Positions 56,085-64,000 of a stretch of 64,000 bases of DNA are shown one piece after another. The position numbers were made by a program, and so were the translations under genes. Numbering within the stretch: the first letter of the stretch is position 1; the number at the start of each line of letters is the position of its first letter. Below the pieces are notes generated by a model. It was not told the origin of the DNA. It saw only the letters and a program-made list of their open reading frames with translations, and ran no database searches. Source of the stretch: Lachnospiraceae bacterium (GTDB lineage Bacteria; Bacillota; Clostridia; Lachnospirales; Lachnospiraceae); the NCBI GenBank assembly GCA_017527205.1, contig JAFXQK010000005.1, positions 1,180 through 65,179 of the forward strand, read 5' to 3'.

Positions 56085-56498
56085 ATGGCAGTAGTTGAGG
56101 AATTGATCCGCAGTGAGGAAAATGGTGGCATCAGCTTTGGCAATCACAAGCTGAATGCAAAGGCAAAGCTTGAGGACTTTAAGCACGGCGGAGATCTGCT
56201 GAAGGTTAAGACCTATAACGAGATCACCAAGCTGGAGAAGAACGGCGGCTTTTTGTATGAATCCGTTCCCGGAACCAGCGTGACTTCTTTCGTAGAGAGT
56301 GAGGAGCAGGTTGCCTTTACCGTTGAGGGTGACAAGGATGCTCAGATCACCATCGGACTGATGGATGACACGAATTATGAAGTGTTTGTCGACGGCGAGA
56401 GCATTGGCATCATGAATACCGGACTTGGCGGAAAGCTGTCCCTTTCCGTAGAACTGGCTGCCGCTGATCAGGTGCAGGTAAAGATCGTCAGACAGTAA
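56085..56498 (+). CDS. Conserved hypothetical protein
   Basis: Strong RBS AGGAGG, beta-rich 137-aa ORF in operon with radA. Confidence 0.75.
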   Translation: MAVVEELIRSEENGGISFGNHKLNAKAKLEDFKHGGDLLKVKTYNEITKLEKNGGFLYESVPGTSVTSFVESEEQVAFTVEGDKDAQITIGLMDDTNYEVFVDGESIGIMNTGLGGKLSLSVELAAADQVQVKIVRQ

Positions 56499-56528
56499 GG
56501 CATAAAGGAAGGCGGTTAGCAGGGGAAC

Positions 56529-57914
56529 ATGGCAAAGGGAAAAATGGCCAGCGTCTTCTTCTGCCAGAGCTGTGGCTATGAGTCTGCAAAATGGATGGGA
56601 CAATGTCCAGGCTGCAAGGCGTGGAACACGATGGTAGAAGAGATTGTTGATCGGTCAAAGCTGCAAAATGGCGGAGGAACGCTTCGCCGTCAGACCTCCG
56701 ACGCAGAGGTATGCGTTTTATCGGAGGTGACCATACGCGAGCAGGATAAGGTTCTCACGGGCATCGCCGAGCTGGACAGGGTTCTTGGCGGAGGCATCGT
56801 CCAGGGCTCGCTTACGTTGGTAGGCGGTGATCCCGGCATCGGAAAATCAACGCTGCTGTTACAGACCTGTCAGGCAGTTGCCGCGGCGGGGCATAAGGTA
56901 TTGTATGTCTCGGGCGAGGAATCGCAGGTGCAGATCAAAATGCGCGCGGACAGACTTGGCAATTTTTCCCAAAACGTGTTATTATTATGTGAGACGTCTC
57001 TTGATGCAATCACGGAGATCATTCGAAGACAAAAGCCGGAGATCGTGGTCATTGATTCCATTCAAACCATGTATTCGGAAAGCGTAACCTCTGCGCCCGG
57101 AAGCGTATCACAGGTGCGTGAAGCCACGGCAACCCTGTTGCAGCTGGCAAAGGGCTTGTTGGTTTCTATTTTTATTGTCGGTCACGTGACCAAGGAAGGA
57201 ACCGTGGCGGGACCAAGAGTACTAGAGCACATGGTGGACACCGTGCTCTACTTTGAAGGGGACAGACATGCGTCCTACCGCATTTTGCGAAGCGTCAAAA
57301 ACCGTTTTGGCTCCACCAATGAAATCGGCGTTTTTGAGATGCGGGAAAGCGGACTGGAGGAGGTAAAAAATCCTTCGGAATATATGCTCTCCGGAAGACC
57401 TGAAAATGCCAGCGGCTCCATCGTGACCTGTTCTTTAGAGGGAACGAGGCCGCTGCTCATAGAAATACAAGGACTTGTGTGCCAGAGCAATTTCGGCATT
57501 CCAAGAAGGCAGACCACGGGAACGGATTTTAATCGCGTGAACCTTTTGATGGCAGTGCTGGAGAAACGATCAGGCGTACAGCTGTCTGGCTGTGATGCGT
57601 ATGTCAATATCACGGGAGGCTTGAAGGTCGTGGAACCTGCGATAGATCTTGCGATTGTTTTGGCCATCGTTTCGAGCTTTCGAAATCGCCCATTGCCCGC
57701 GAAGCTGATCGCCTTTGGGGAGGTAGGACTCTCCGGTGAGGTACGGGCCGTGAGCCAGGCTTCGCAGCGGGTGGCAGAGGCCGAAAAGCTTGGGTTTGAG
57801 CTATGTCTGATGCCTAAGGGAAACCTTAGCGACTGCAGATTGGATCAGAACGGTAAAATGAAAGTGATCGGGATTTCATCCGTTACGGATGCTTTAGATT
57901 ATATTAACGGCTAA
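56529..57914 (+). CDS. radA: DNA repair protein RadA/Sms
   Basis: CQSCG...CPGC zinc finger, GGDPGIGKST, VIDSIQT, KNRFG. Confidence 0.96.
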   Translation: MAKGKMASVFFCQSCGYESAKWMGQCPGCKAWNTMVEEIVDRSKLQNGGGTLRRQTSDAEVCVLSEVTIREQDKVLTGIAELDRVLGGGIVQGSLTLVGGDPGIGKSTLLLQTCQAVAAAGHKVLYVSGEESQVQIKMRADRLGNFSQNVLLLCETSLDAITEIIRRQKPEIVVIDSIQTMYSESVTSAPGSVSQVREATATLLQLAKGLLVSIFIVGHVTKEGTVAGPRVLEHMVDTVLYFEGDRHASYRILRSVKNRFGSTNEIGVFEMRESGLEEVKNPSEYMLSGRPENASGSIVTCSLEGTRPLLIEIQGLVCQSNFGIPRRQTTGTDFNRVNLLMAVLEKRSGVQLSGCDAYVNITGGLKVVEPAIDLAIVLAIVSSFRNRPLPAKLIAFGEVGLSGEVRAVSQASQRVAEAEKLGFELCLMPKGNLSDCRLDQNGKMKVIGISSVTDALDYING

Positions 57915-57921
57915 TGAGGAG

Positions 57922-58257
57922 GTGGACAACATGACGTACATGGATTTGGTAGATAAGGTTAGGGGCGTGTTTGAAAACGCTGATGCCAGAAAGGTTCTGG
58001 AACATGTTGCCATTCAGGTAAACATTACGGGAGAGGGAGAGGGCATTTTTTACGTGGAAATCGCAGAAAGACACATTTGCGTGGAGCCCTATGACTATTA
58101 CGACAGAGATTGTCTTCTTATCGTTCCAAGCTCCGTGGTGGTGGATTTGTGCGAGAAAAAATATACTTTAAAAAGCGCCATTGCAAAGGGACTTGTCCAA
58201 TTTTATGGCGATGAACGCAAAATGAATCTGTGTTTATCGAAGGTTAAGGTGCGTTGA
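57922..58257 (+). CDS. SCP2 sterol-binding-domain-like protein
   Basis: IQVNITGEGEGIFYVEI...VEPYDYYDRD...GLVQFYGD pattern. Confidence 0.65.
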   Translation: MDNMTYMDLVDKVRGVFENADARKVLEHVAIQVNITGEGEGIFYVEIAERHICVEPYDYYDRDCLLIVPSSVVVDLCEKKYTLKSAIAKGLVQFYGDERKMNLCLSKVKVR

Positions 58258-58448
58258 ATGGCCAAATTCGCGAAAAATCGTAAAAAAACGTAAAAATATC
58301 GTAAAAAATATGGATTTTTTTGATGATTTATATTGATAAAATCGTTTTTATTTGTTATGCTGTTATTTAGAAAGGCCTAAGCCTTTTAGAATAAGGATTG
58401 CTGGGCACAATGTGCTCGAAATAGGCAAAAGAAGGAAGGAGATCCATT

Positions 58449-58757
58449 ATGAACAAGACAGAACTTGTAGCAGCAGTAGCAGCAAAGGCTGAGATTTCCA
58501 AGAAGGAAGCAGCCGCAGCAGTAGAAGCAGTATTCGAAGTAATCGGTGACGAGCTTCAGAAGAAAGAAAAAGTTCAGTTGATCGGTTTTGGTACTTTCCA
58601 GACCAGCGAGAGAAAGGCTCGTACCGGACGTAATCCTCAGACTGGCGATACCGTTAAGATCGCAGCAGCTACTCTTCCCGCTTTCAAGGCTGGTAAGGCT
58701 CTGAAGGAGAAGGTTAACACCAAGCCTAAGAAGGCAGCAGCTAAGAAGAAGAAATAA
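58449..58757 (+). CDS. hup: Histone-like DNA-binding protein HU
   Basis: [40 protein letters not shown], Lys/Ala-rich tail. Confidence 0.97.
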   Translation: MNKTELVAAVAAKAEISKKEAAAAVEAVFEVIGDELQKKEKVQLIGFGTFQTSERKARTGRNPQTGDTVKIAAATLPAFKAGKALKEKVNTKPKKAAAKKKK

Positions 58758-58795
58758 GTTCTAAGATCGTTAGTAATGTGATAATAACTTCAATG

Positions 58796-58831
58796 CGAAA
58801 GGCGGCGTGCAATGCACGTCGCCTTCGTTTG
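58796..58831. terminator. Terminator between convergent hup and LytTR genes
   Basis: CGAAAGGCGGCGTGCA/TGCACGTCGCCTTCG followed by TTTG. Confidence 0.7.
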
Positions 58832-58835
58832 TTGT

Positions 58836-59645
58836 TTAATTGGAAGCTTTATGATCCATAAGCGTCTTTTTTATCATGGTGTACTTTTTCTCTGGTATTG
58901 GAAGAACCGTGCCATCTGACAACGAGACCTTGAAGCGCCAAACGGATACCACGTCTAGAGGATTGACTATATAACCGGAATGGATTCGGACTAATAGTCC
59001 CTCGGTCAGCTCTTCAATTTCAGAAAGAGAACCCTTGACCTTCAGCGTTCTGGTTCGGAGATGAATCAGACAATGCTGATCGGGCGTCGTTTGTGCCCAG
59101 ATGACAGAGCTTACTGCTATCACATGGAAAGCATTATCCGTTCCGCGCAGGCTGATACGGGGCTCCTGTACTGGCTTTTGAGCCTGTTTGTAGACTTCAT
59201 TATAATGTTCCGGATAGATCGTGTCAGCACTGTGTTGCTCACCAGGGTTAGAGATATGAATCATGAGCATTCTAGGCACTCGCTGTTTGTGCTGATTCTC
59301 GTCAACAATCGTAACGTCTGCCCAACTGAGTTGAATGCGCTGAAACAATGGGATATTGTCTCCGTTTGGGTAGTGCGTTGTCACTACATACATCATCATT
59401 ACTTCACAGGAGGTCGGTGAAAGCTGAATATACTGTACTTCAATGTCACCGAGAGAGAAGGTCAGCGAATTTGGCGATTGCTCCCACGCCTTTCGCATAT
59501 TTGCCTTACCCACGATATGCTGCCCAATTGCAGGACCGTGCCAGATGACGTTTTCGGCCATGTATTCAAAATAAGGCTCAATGTTATTATCATAGTATTC
59601 ATCCAAAATATAAAGACTTTTTTCTACGCATTCCGTGATATTCAT
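58836..59645 (-). CDS. One-component regulator: SnoaL/NTF2-like N-terminus + LytTR DNA-binding domain
   Basis: N-terminal FEYMAENVIWHGP; C-terminal LVRIHSGYIVNPLDV...LPIPEKKY. Confidence 0.85.
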   Translation of the reverse strand: MNITECVEKSLYILDEYYDNNIEPYFEYMAENVIWHGPAIGQHIVGKANMRKAWEQSPNSLTFSLGDIEVQYIQLSPTSCEVMMMYVVTTHYPNGDNIPLFQRIQLSWADVTIVDENQHKQRVPRMLMIHISNPGEQHSADTIYPEHYNEVYKQAQKPVQEPRISLRGTDNAFHVIAVSSVIWAQTTPDQHCLIHLRTRTLKVKGSLSEIEELTEGLLVRIHSGYIVNPLDVVSVWRFKVSLSDGTVLPIPEKKYTMIKKTLMDHKASN

Positions 59646-59668
59646 GGCTTAGGCCTCCTGTTTTCTTT

Positions 59669-59762
59669 GGGTTTAACATATGTTAGGACTTGGATACTGT
59701 TTAAGTCTGTTAGGACTTGGATACGGTTTACGTCTGTTAGGATGTTGGATATGGTTTAACGT
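59669..59762. repeat. About three tandem 27-bp repeats in the LytTR gene leader
   Basis: TGTTAGGACTTGGATACTGTTTAAGTC (59681), TGTTAGGACTTGGATACGGTTTACGTC (59708), degenerate third copy at 59735. Confidence 0.85.
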
Positions 59763-59803
59763 ATTTATGAAGTTGCATGGATGAGCCGCTGCATGATAAT
59801 GAC

Positions 59804-59832
59804 ATTGTAACACGTAGGTATTAAAATGACAA
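59804..59832 (-). promoter_or_regulatory. sigmaA promoter of the LytTR gene
   Basis: Minus strand TTGTCA, 17 bp, TACAAT. Confidence 0.65.
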
Positions 59833-59839
59833 GCGGACG

Positions 59840-59910
59840 CAAGTCATTTACAAGAAGATACAAGTTATTTGCATTTTTAATATTGACAAATGATCGGAAA
59901 CATGCATACT
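59840..59910 (+). promoter_or_regulatory. LytTR-type direct repeat upstream of a TTGACA promoter
   Basis: CAAGTCATTT (59840-59849) and CAAGTTATTT (59861-59870), 21-bp period, just upstream of TTGACA (59883). Confidence 0.5.
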
Positions 59911-60006
59911 AAAAATGATCAGTTAGTGACAAATAGGAATAAGTGAAATGGCGCAGAATTGTTTGTGGAATAGGACTGGCTTTTCTAGGCAACGGAGGGA
60001 CTTACA

Positions 60007-60207
60007 ATGACTACCATAAAAAAGATCAGAAATCGATTTGGAAATTACATCTGCCGGGGGTGCATTAATGAGGCATACCATACGGATCTTTCCCCCAGGG
60101 AATGTGAATATGAAATGTATCCTGATTTGTGCCCAAAATGCAGGGCAATGAAAAACATTGTATGTGGAACGAGCTGGAGAGGAAAATTAAAGCTCGCTTT
60201 GAAATAA
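60007..60207 (+). CDS. Small Cys-rich protein (two CxxC, zinc-finger-like)
   Basis: RBS GGAGGGA; ICRGC...LCPKC; terminator AAAAAAGGTGG...CCACCTTTTTT follows at 60221-60249. Confidence 0.7.
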   Translation: MTTIKKIRNRFGNYICRGCINEAYHTDLSPRECEYEMYPDLCPKCRAMKNIVCGTSWRGKLKLALK

Positions 60208-60437
60208 GATCATGACATGCAAAAAAGGTGGTATGAGGCCACCTTTTTTATTGCAAGAAAATGATCACGCGCAATACCATCAAGTGAAGTCATCGACGAA
60301 AGCAACGCATTTTTGGTTTCGTATTAGCAAAGAGAATTCGTAGATTTCAGACCGAAGGGAATATTGACAGAAAATGTTAATAATGATAGGATTTTAATGA
60401 TTTTTGTAATCCGACGGACATAGATTTGGAGGGGGAA

Positions 60438-63400
60438 ATGGACGTGAATGCTTACTTGCAGGTTGGATTGGGATTGATTCCAGGTGCGATCGTTGCGATC
60501 GTTCTATTAATAAAAAGAAGAGCCTTTCATTTTCGGGGCATTTTTGTGACTTTGCTATTGACGGCTGTTTGCGTGTCTGCCATTGCATATGGCGCGAAGT
60601 CGGCGTCACAATCCTCGCAGCATAAAGCGGGCCAATTGACGCAGGAGAAGATGATTTCCTTTGCAAATGCTTTGGGGCAGGGCGGCGCCTATGACGCGGC
60701 GCAGGAGGTGCTTGATCAGTATGGCGAGCTCTATGGCTATGATGATGAGTGCCGGCTATTGAGCGCAAGACTCGCCTTTTGGCAGGAGGAATATGACAAG
60801 GCATCTGCACTCTATCAATATTTGGTCTCCAGCACGGAGTTGATTTCCGAGGAGGCAGCAGAGGTGCGTTATGCCATGGAGCATGCGGTCAATCAGGACG
60901 CGGATCTTGCGATGATCGCTTATCTGCGACAGGTCGGGGAAAATCCGGCGGATTATGGTTATGCGGACATACGGGAGGATCAGACCAGGGAAGAGGGGAA
61001 AAAGCTCTCCTTGGAGGATGTCTGGAAGAGAATCAAGGTGGCCATTGAGGATGCTTATCCCATCGATGATGAGGTTTCGGCCTGCGTCAAGGCCGTGCGT
61101 GAGATCTCCAAGACCTACCATGACGACGGTGTCCTTTCGGAAAACAATCAAAAAGGATCAGGCAACGGTTCCGATCGCCAGAGCGACTCTGACGACGGCG
61201 ATGAATCACCTGAGGATCCCAAACAAATCTATCGGAAATACAAGCATGTTTTTGAAGAACTGAAAGAATTGGCACCGGAGTATCTACAGATCAAATGCGT
61301 TAATAAGGCATGGATCAAGGCAAGCGTGCTCGCGGGCAGCTTTAGCTCCATCGCTGAGCATTTGACCGCTGATTCGTCTTATCATGAGCTGATGATTGCG
61401 GCGGAGTTATACATGAGCAATCTCGTGAAGAAGACCAATTTCGCCGACGAATTCCAGACAATGGATAAGGACCTCGCACGGGAAGTCAAGGACAGAATGC
61501 GCGTGATTTTGGACAAGCAGGGAGACAACATGAATGCTGCTCAGCGCAAGGCATTCAAGGAGCGGATTGAGGCATTTAACAACCAGCTGAAGGAGCCCAT
61601 CCTAGGCAAGATCAAGATCCTGCTCATACAAGCTCTTGAGGAGGAAGCTGGTTCGGATGAGACGAAGATTTATCTCGAGTTAGCGAAGATAGAGAATTAC
61701 TTTGGCGACGAAGCAACGACGGATGCCTACTTCAGCAAGGCTATTTACAGCTCTCAGGAGAGTGAGGACGACTCTTACGTGGAAGGCATGACGCAGATCA
61801 TAACCGTCATCAACGGCGATTCCGAGGGCGACGGTGAGAAGATCAAGAATGTCTCGGAATACGTCAATACCGTATTGGATCACTCCCTTACGGTCAACGT
61901 AGAAAAGATCGTTTCCCCGCAGTATCAGCCGGCAGATCCTAACCGGAGCAATCAAAATAATCATGGTAACTCGAGCCGTGACGACCGTAATGGCCGTTCT
62001 TCGGACGATGACGAGGAGGATGATGACAATGATGAGGAGGACGATGAGGACGCGCCTCTTGGGTCTGCGAACTTTACGCAGACGGCGGTAGACTTTGTCA
62101 GCCGTACCAAGAGTGCCGTCACCATCGGAAGGATCGATGCCTCCCAGTTTGAAGAGATTACTGCGCGCGTACAGATCGACAGTAAATTCGGAGAGGGCGC
62201 AGAGGCATTAAAGCCCCTTCTTGAGATCTATGACTGCGGCGCACAGATTACCGACTTCACTATAGAAAAGGTGGAGTACACCCAGTCCAAGGTTCTCTTG
62301 CTCTGCGACGTATCGGGCAGCATGAGCGGCGCAATGAATGACCTGCGCAATGCCGTTATCACCTTTGCGCAGGACAAGGACGAGAAGGAGGACATCTCCG
62401 TCGTTACCTTTAGCTCCGGCATTGGCAAATCAGCTCCCTTTGGCACGAGCAAGGAGGAGCTGATCACTTTTGCAGAGGGCATGGGCTCTGGCGGTGGTAC
62501 GGAAATGTTTAACTCTGCCGTGACCTGCCTGAATCAGTTCTCGGCGACGCCTGGCGTCAATAACGTTCTCATTGTCATGACGGACGGACAAGACAACAGC
62601 CGCCAGGGCTATGAGGGCATCCGAACCAAGCTGGGCCTTCCCGCGCAGGACCGCAACGTGCTCGTCTATACCATGGGCCTTGGCAGTAACGTGGATACGG
62701 ATTACCTGACCAGCATTGCTCAGATCGGTAACGGCTCCTTCATCTACGTGTCTGACAGCGCAAGCCTTACCGGATTTTATGACATGCTTCACTCCCAGCT
62801 TAGCAGCCAGTATGAGATCAAATATCGAGCAAAGGATACCATGACGACGATGGGCCGTACCCTGGAAATCTCTCTTCCCGAGGAAAACGTGCGTGACGTC
62901 AAGAAATATTCCCTGCCTGGAACCGAAGAATCTGGCAAGGAAGAGAACCTTAAGATCGAGCAGGAGCTTCGGATCGACGGAATTGCCCCGCGCCGCATTT
63001 ACAAGGGTCTGAAGGACGTCACCGTAATGCTCAGGGGAAACGGGTTTGATCCCAAAAAGGAGATCACCGTAACCTTAAACGGCGTGATCGACTACAAGCT
63101 GGAAGCAACCTATCTTAACGAAACGACCTATGAGCTCACCGTCCCTTATAGTGTGGCCGTAGGCACTTACAACGTGGAGATCTCCCTTGACGGAAAGAAA
63201 ACAGTCCTGACGAACGGTTTCTCCGTCTTTGAGCCGGGGGACATGAAAAAAACCGTCTTTGGACCATATGTATTTACTTCCTTAGAGCGGATCGGCGGAA
63301 GTTCGAACAAGATCTGCCTAAAGGGCGACGTAACGATGAATGGCTGGCTCCATTTCAAGCAGGACGTTGTTCTATATGGTGATCTGGAGAATTCCAGTGT

Positions 63401-64000
63401 CATTAAGGTGACCGACAATGGTGGATCCTATGTGGAATACTATGCAGGCACGGCGGAGGGCATCGGCAAATTCCTTGCGGAAAAGGGCATTCCGATGGAT
63501 GTTCCTAAGCTCAATACCTTCCAGCTCTACAACGACATTGCGGCGTCCAATGATTACGAGACCTATCAGGTGGACGACATTGTCACGGCGCCTCTTGCGG
63601 TCTATCAGGTATTACAGTTTGATGCGCCTACGATTCAGCTGCGGCCAAACAGCATCGGTATTTTCTATAAGACCGGAACAACGCTTTTCCCGTTACAGGA
63701 GCAGATTCTTGAGGCTGCGGGCGCGGGAGATGACATTTTCAAATTTAACTTTGACGGCAGCGCGAGACTGACTGCAAAGAACGTGGGTATCGTTTTCGAG
63801 ACAGAATTTAGCAGCGGGAAATCCTCGGCGAAGGACGTCAGCTTCTTCAAGATGCCCGTGAAATTCTCCGGTGGCATCAAGGCCAAGGTCAACACCTTGA
63901 AAAACGAGTATACCGTGGGCCTTGAAATTGGCTTTGATTTCGTGGGAAGCGATGAAGCAGGGTTTAGTGCGGAGGTGAACTGGAAGGGAAATCTCATTCC
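60438..64000 (+). CDS. Large membrane-anchored vWA domain protein (3' truncated by window edge)
   Basis: RBS GGAGGGGG, open to the window end; N-terminal TM helices, helical region, D/E-rich linker, vWA MIDAS LLCDVSGSM...GGGTEM...VMTDGQDN, then IPT/TIG-like beta domains. Confidence 0.85.
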   Translation, partial: MDVNAYLQVGLGLIPGAIVAIVLLIKRRAFHFRGIFVTLLLTAVCVSAIAYGAKSASQSSQHKAGQLTQEKMISFANALGQGGAYDAAQEVLDQYGELYGYDDECRLLSARLAFWQEEYDKASALYQYLVSSTELISEEAAEVRYAMEHAVNQDADLAMIAYLRQVGENPADYGYADIREDQTREEGKKLSLEDVWKRIKVAIEDAYPIDDEVSACVKAVREISKTYHDDGVLSENNQKGSGNGSDRQSDSDDGDESPEDPKQIYRKYKHVFEELKELAPEYLQIKCVNKAWIKASVLAGSFSSIAEHLTADSSYHELMIAAELYMSNLVKKTNFADEFQTMDKDLAREVKDRMRVILDKQGDNMNAAQRKAFKERIEAFNNQLKEPILGKIKILLIQALEEEAGSDETKIYLELAKIENYFGDEATTDAYFSKAIYSSQESEDDSYVEGMTQIITVINGDSEGDGEKIKNVSEYVNTVLDHSLTVNVEKIVSPQYQPADPNRSNQNNHGNSSRDDRNGRSSDDDEEDDDNDEEDDEDAPLGSANFTQTAVDFVSRTKSAVTIGRIDASQFEEITARVQIDSKFGEGAEALKPLLEIYDCGAQITDFTIEKVEYTQSKVLLLCDVSGSMSGAMNDLRNAVITFAQDKDEKEDISVVTFSSGIGKSAPFGTSKEELITFAEGMGSGGGTEMFNSAVTCLNQFSATPGVNNVLIVMTDGQDNSRQGYEGIRTKLGLPAQDRNVLVYTMGLGSNVDTDYLTSIAQIGNGSFIYVSDSASLTGFYDMLHSQLSSQYEIKYRAKDTMTTMGRTLEISLPEENVRDVKKYSLPGTEESGKEENLKIEQELRIDGIAPRRIYKGLKDVTVMLRGNGFDPKKEITVTLNGVIDYKLEATYLNETTYELTVPYSVAVGTYNVEISLDGKKTVLTNGFSVFEPGDMKKTVFGPYVFTSLERIGGSSNKICLKGDVTMNGWLHFKQDVVLYGDLENSSVIKVTDNGGSYVEYYAGTAEGIGKFLAEKGIPMDVPKLNTFQLYNDIAASNDYETYQVDDIVTAPLAVYQVLQFDAPTIQLRPNSIGIFYKTGTTLFPLQEQILEAAGAGDDIFKFNFDGSARLTAKNVGIVFETEFSSGKSSAKDVSFFKMPVKFSGGIKAKVNTLKNEYTVGLEIGFDFVGSDEAGFSAEVNWKGNLI

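Noticed and set aside
59669-59762. CRISPR array
   Set aside because: The repeats are contiguous without unique spacers, and there are no cas genes in the window.
1-64000. Prophage, integrase, IS transposase, rRNA or canonical tRNA genes
   Set aside because: No ORF with such motifs and no canonical tRNA or rRNA sequence was recognised in the window.

Overview
Chromosomal window from a Lachnospiraceae-like Firmicute, assigned from gene content and style only. Most of it is housekeeping: comEA-RR-HK-GerMN-comEC, holA, mscL, nrdD with NrdR boxes, plsC, pyrF, pyrE, purE-M-N-D, a polyamine operon (speA, speE, speB, CASDH, nspC), an ABC exporter pair, clpC, radA and HU. Accessory modules are interspersed. 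The strongest signal is at 14170-16594. A near-consensus sigma70 promoter drives about 200 nt of non-coding leader. The leader folds into a circularly permuted tRNA mimic (T arm, then a GAAA-capped acceptor stem, then a D arm; Y RNA/YrlA-like topology) and a second stem-loop that shares an identical internal-loop motif. The next gene is a 706-aa helical protein with a C-terminal TerD-like domain, not a canonical Ro60, so the locus is a candidate undescribed ncRNA-protein system. Other notable items: an 84-codon ORF with two in-frame UGA codons (candidate selenoprotein) coupled to a DUF4037 gene, a family of bulged palindromic intergenic repeats, a BlaI/M56-controlled transporter-like island lacking an ATPase, and a mazEF module plus a zincin lipoprotein inside the polyamine operon. 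All product names come from motif recognition by eye; no database searches were run.
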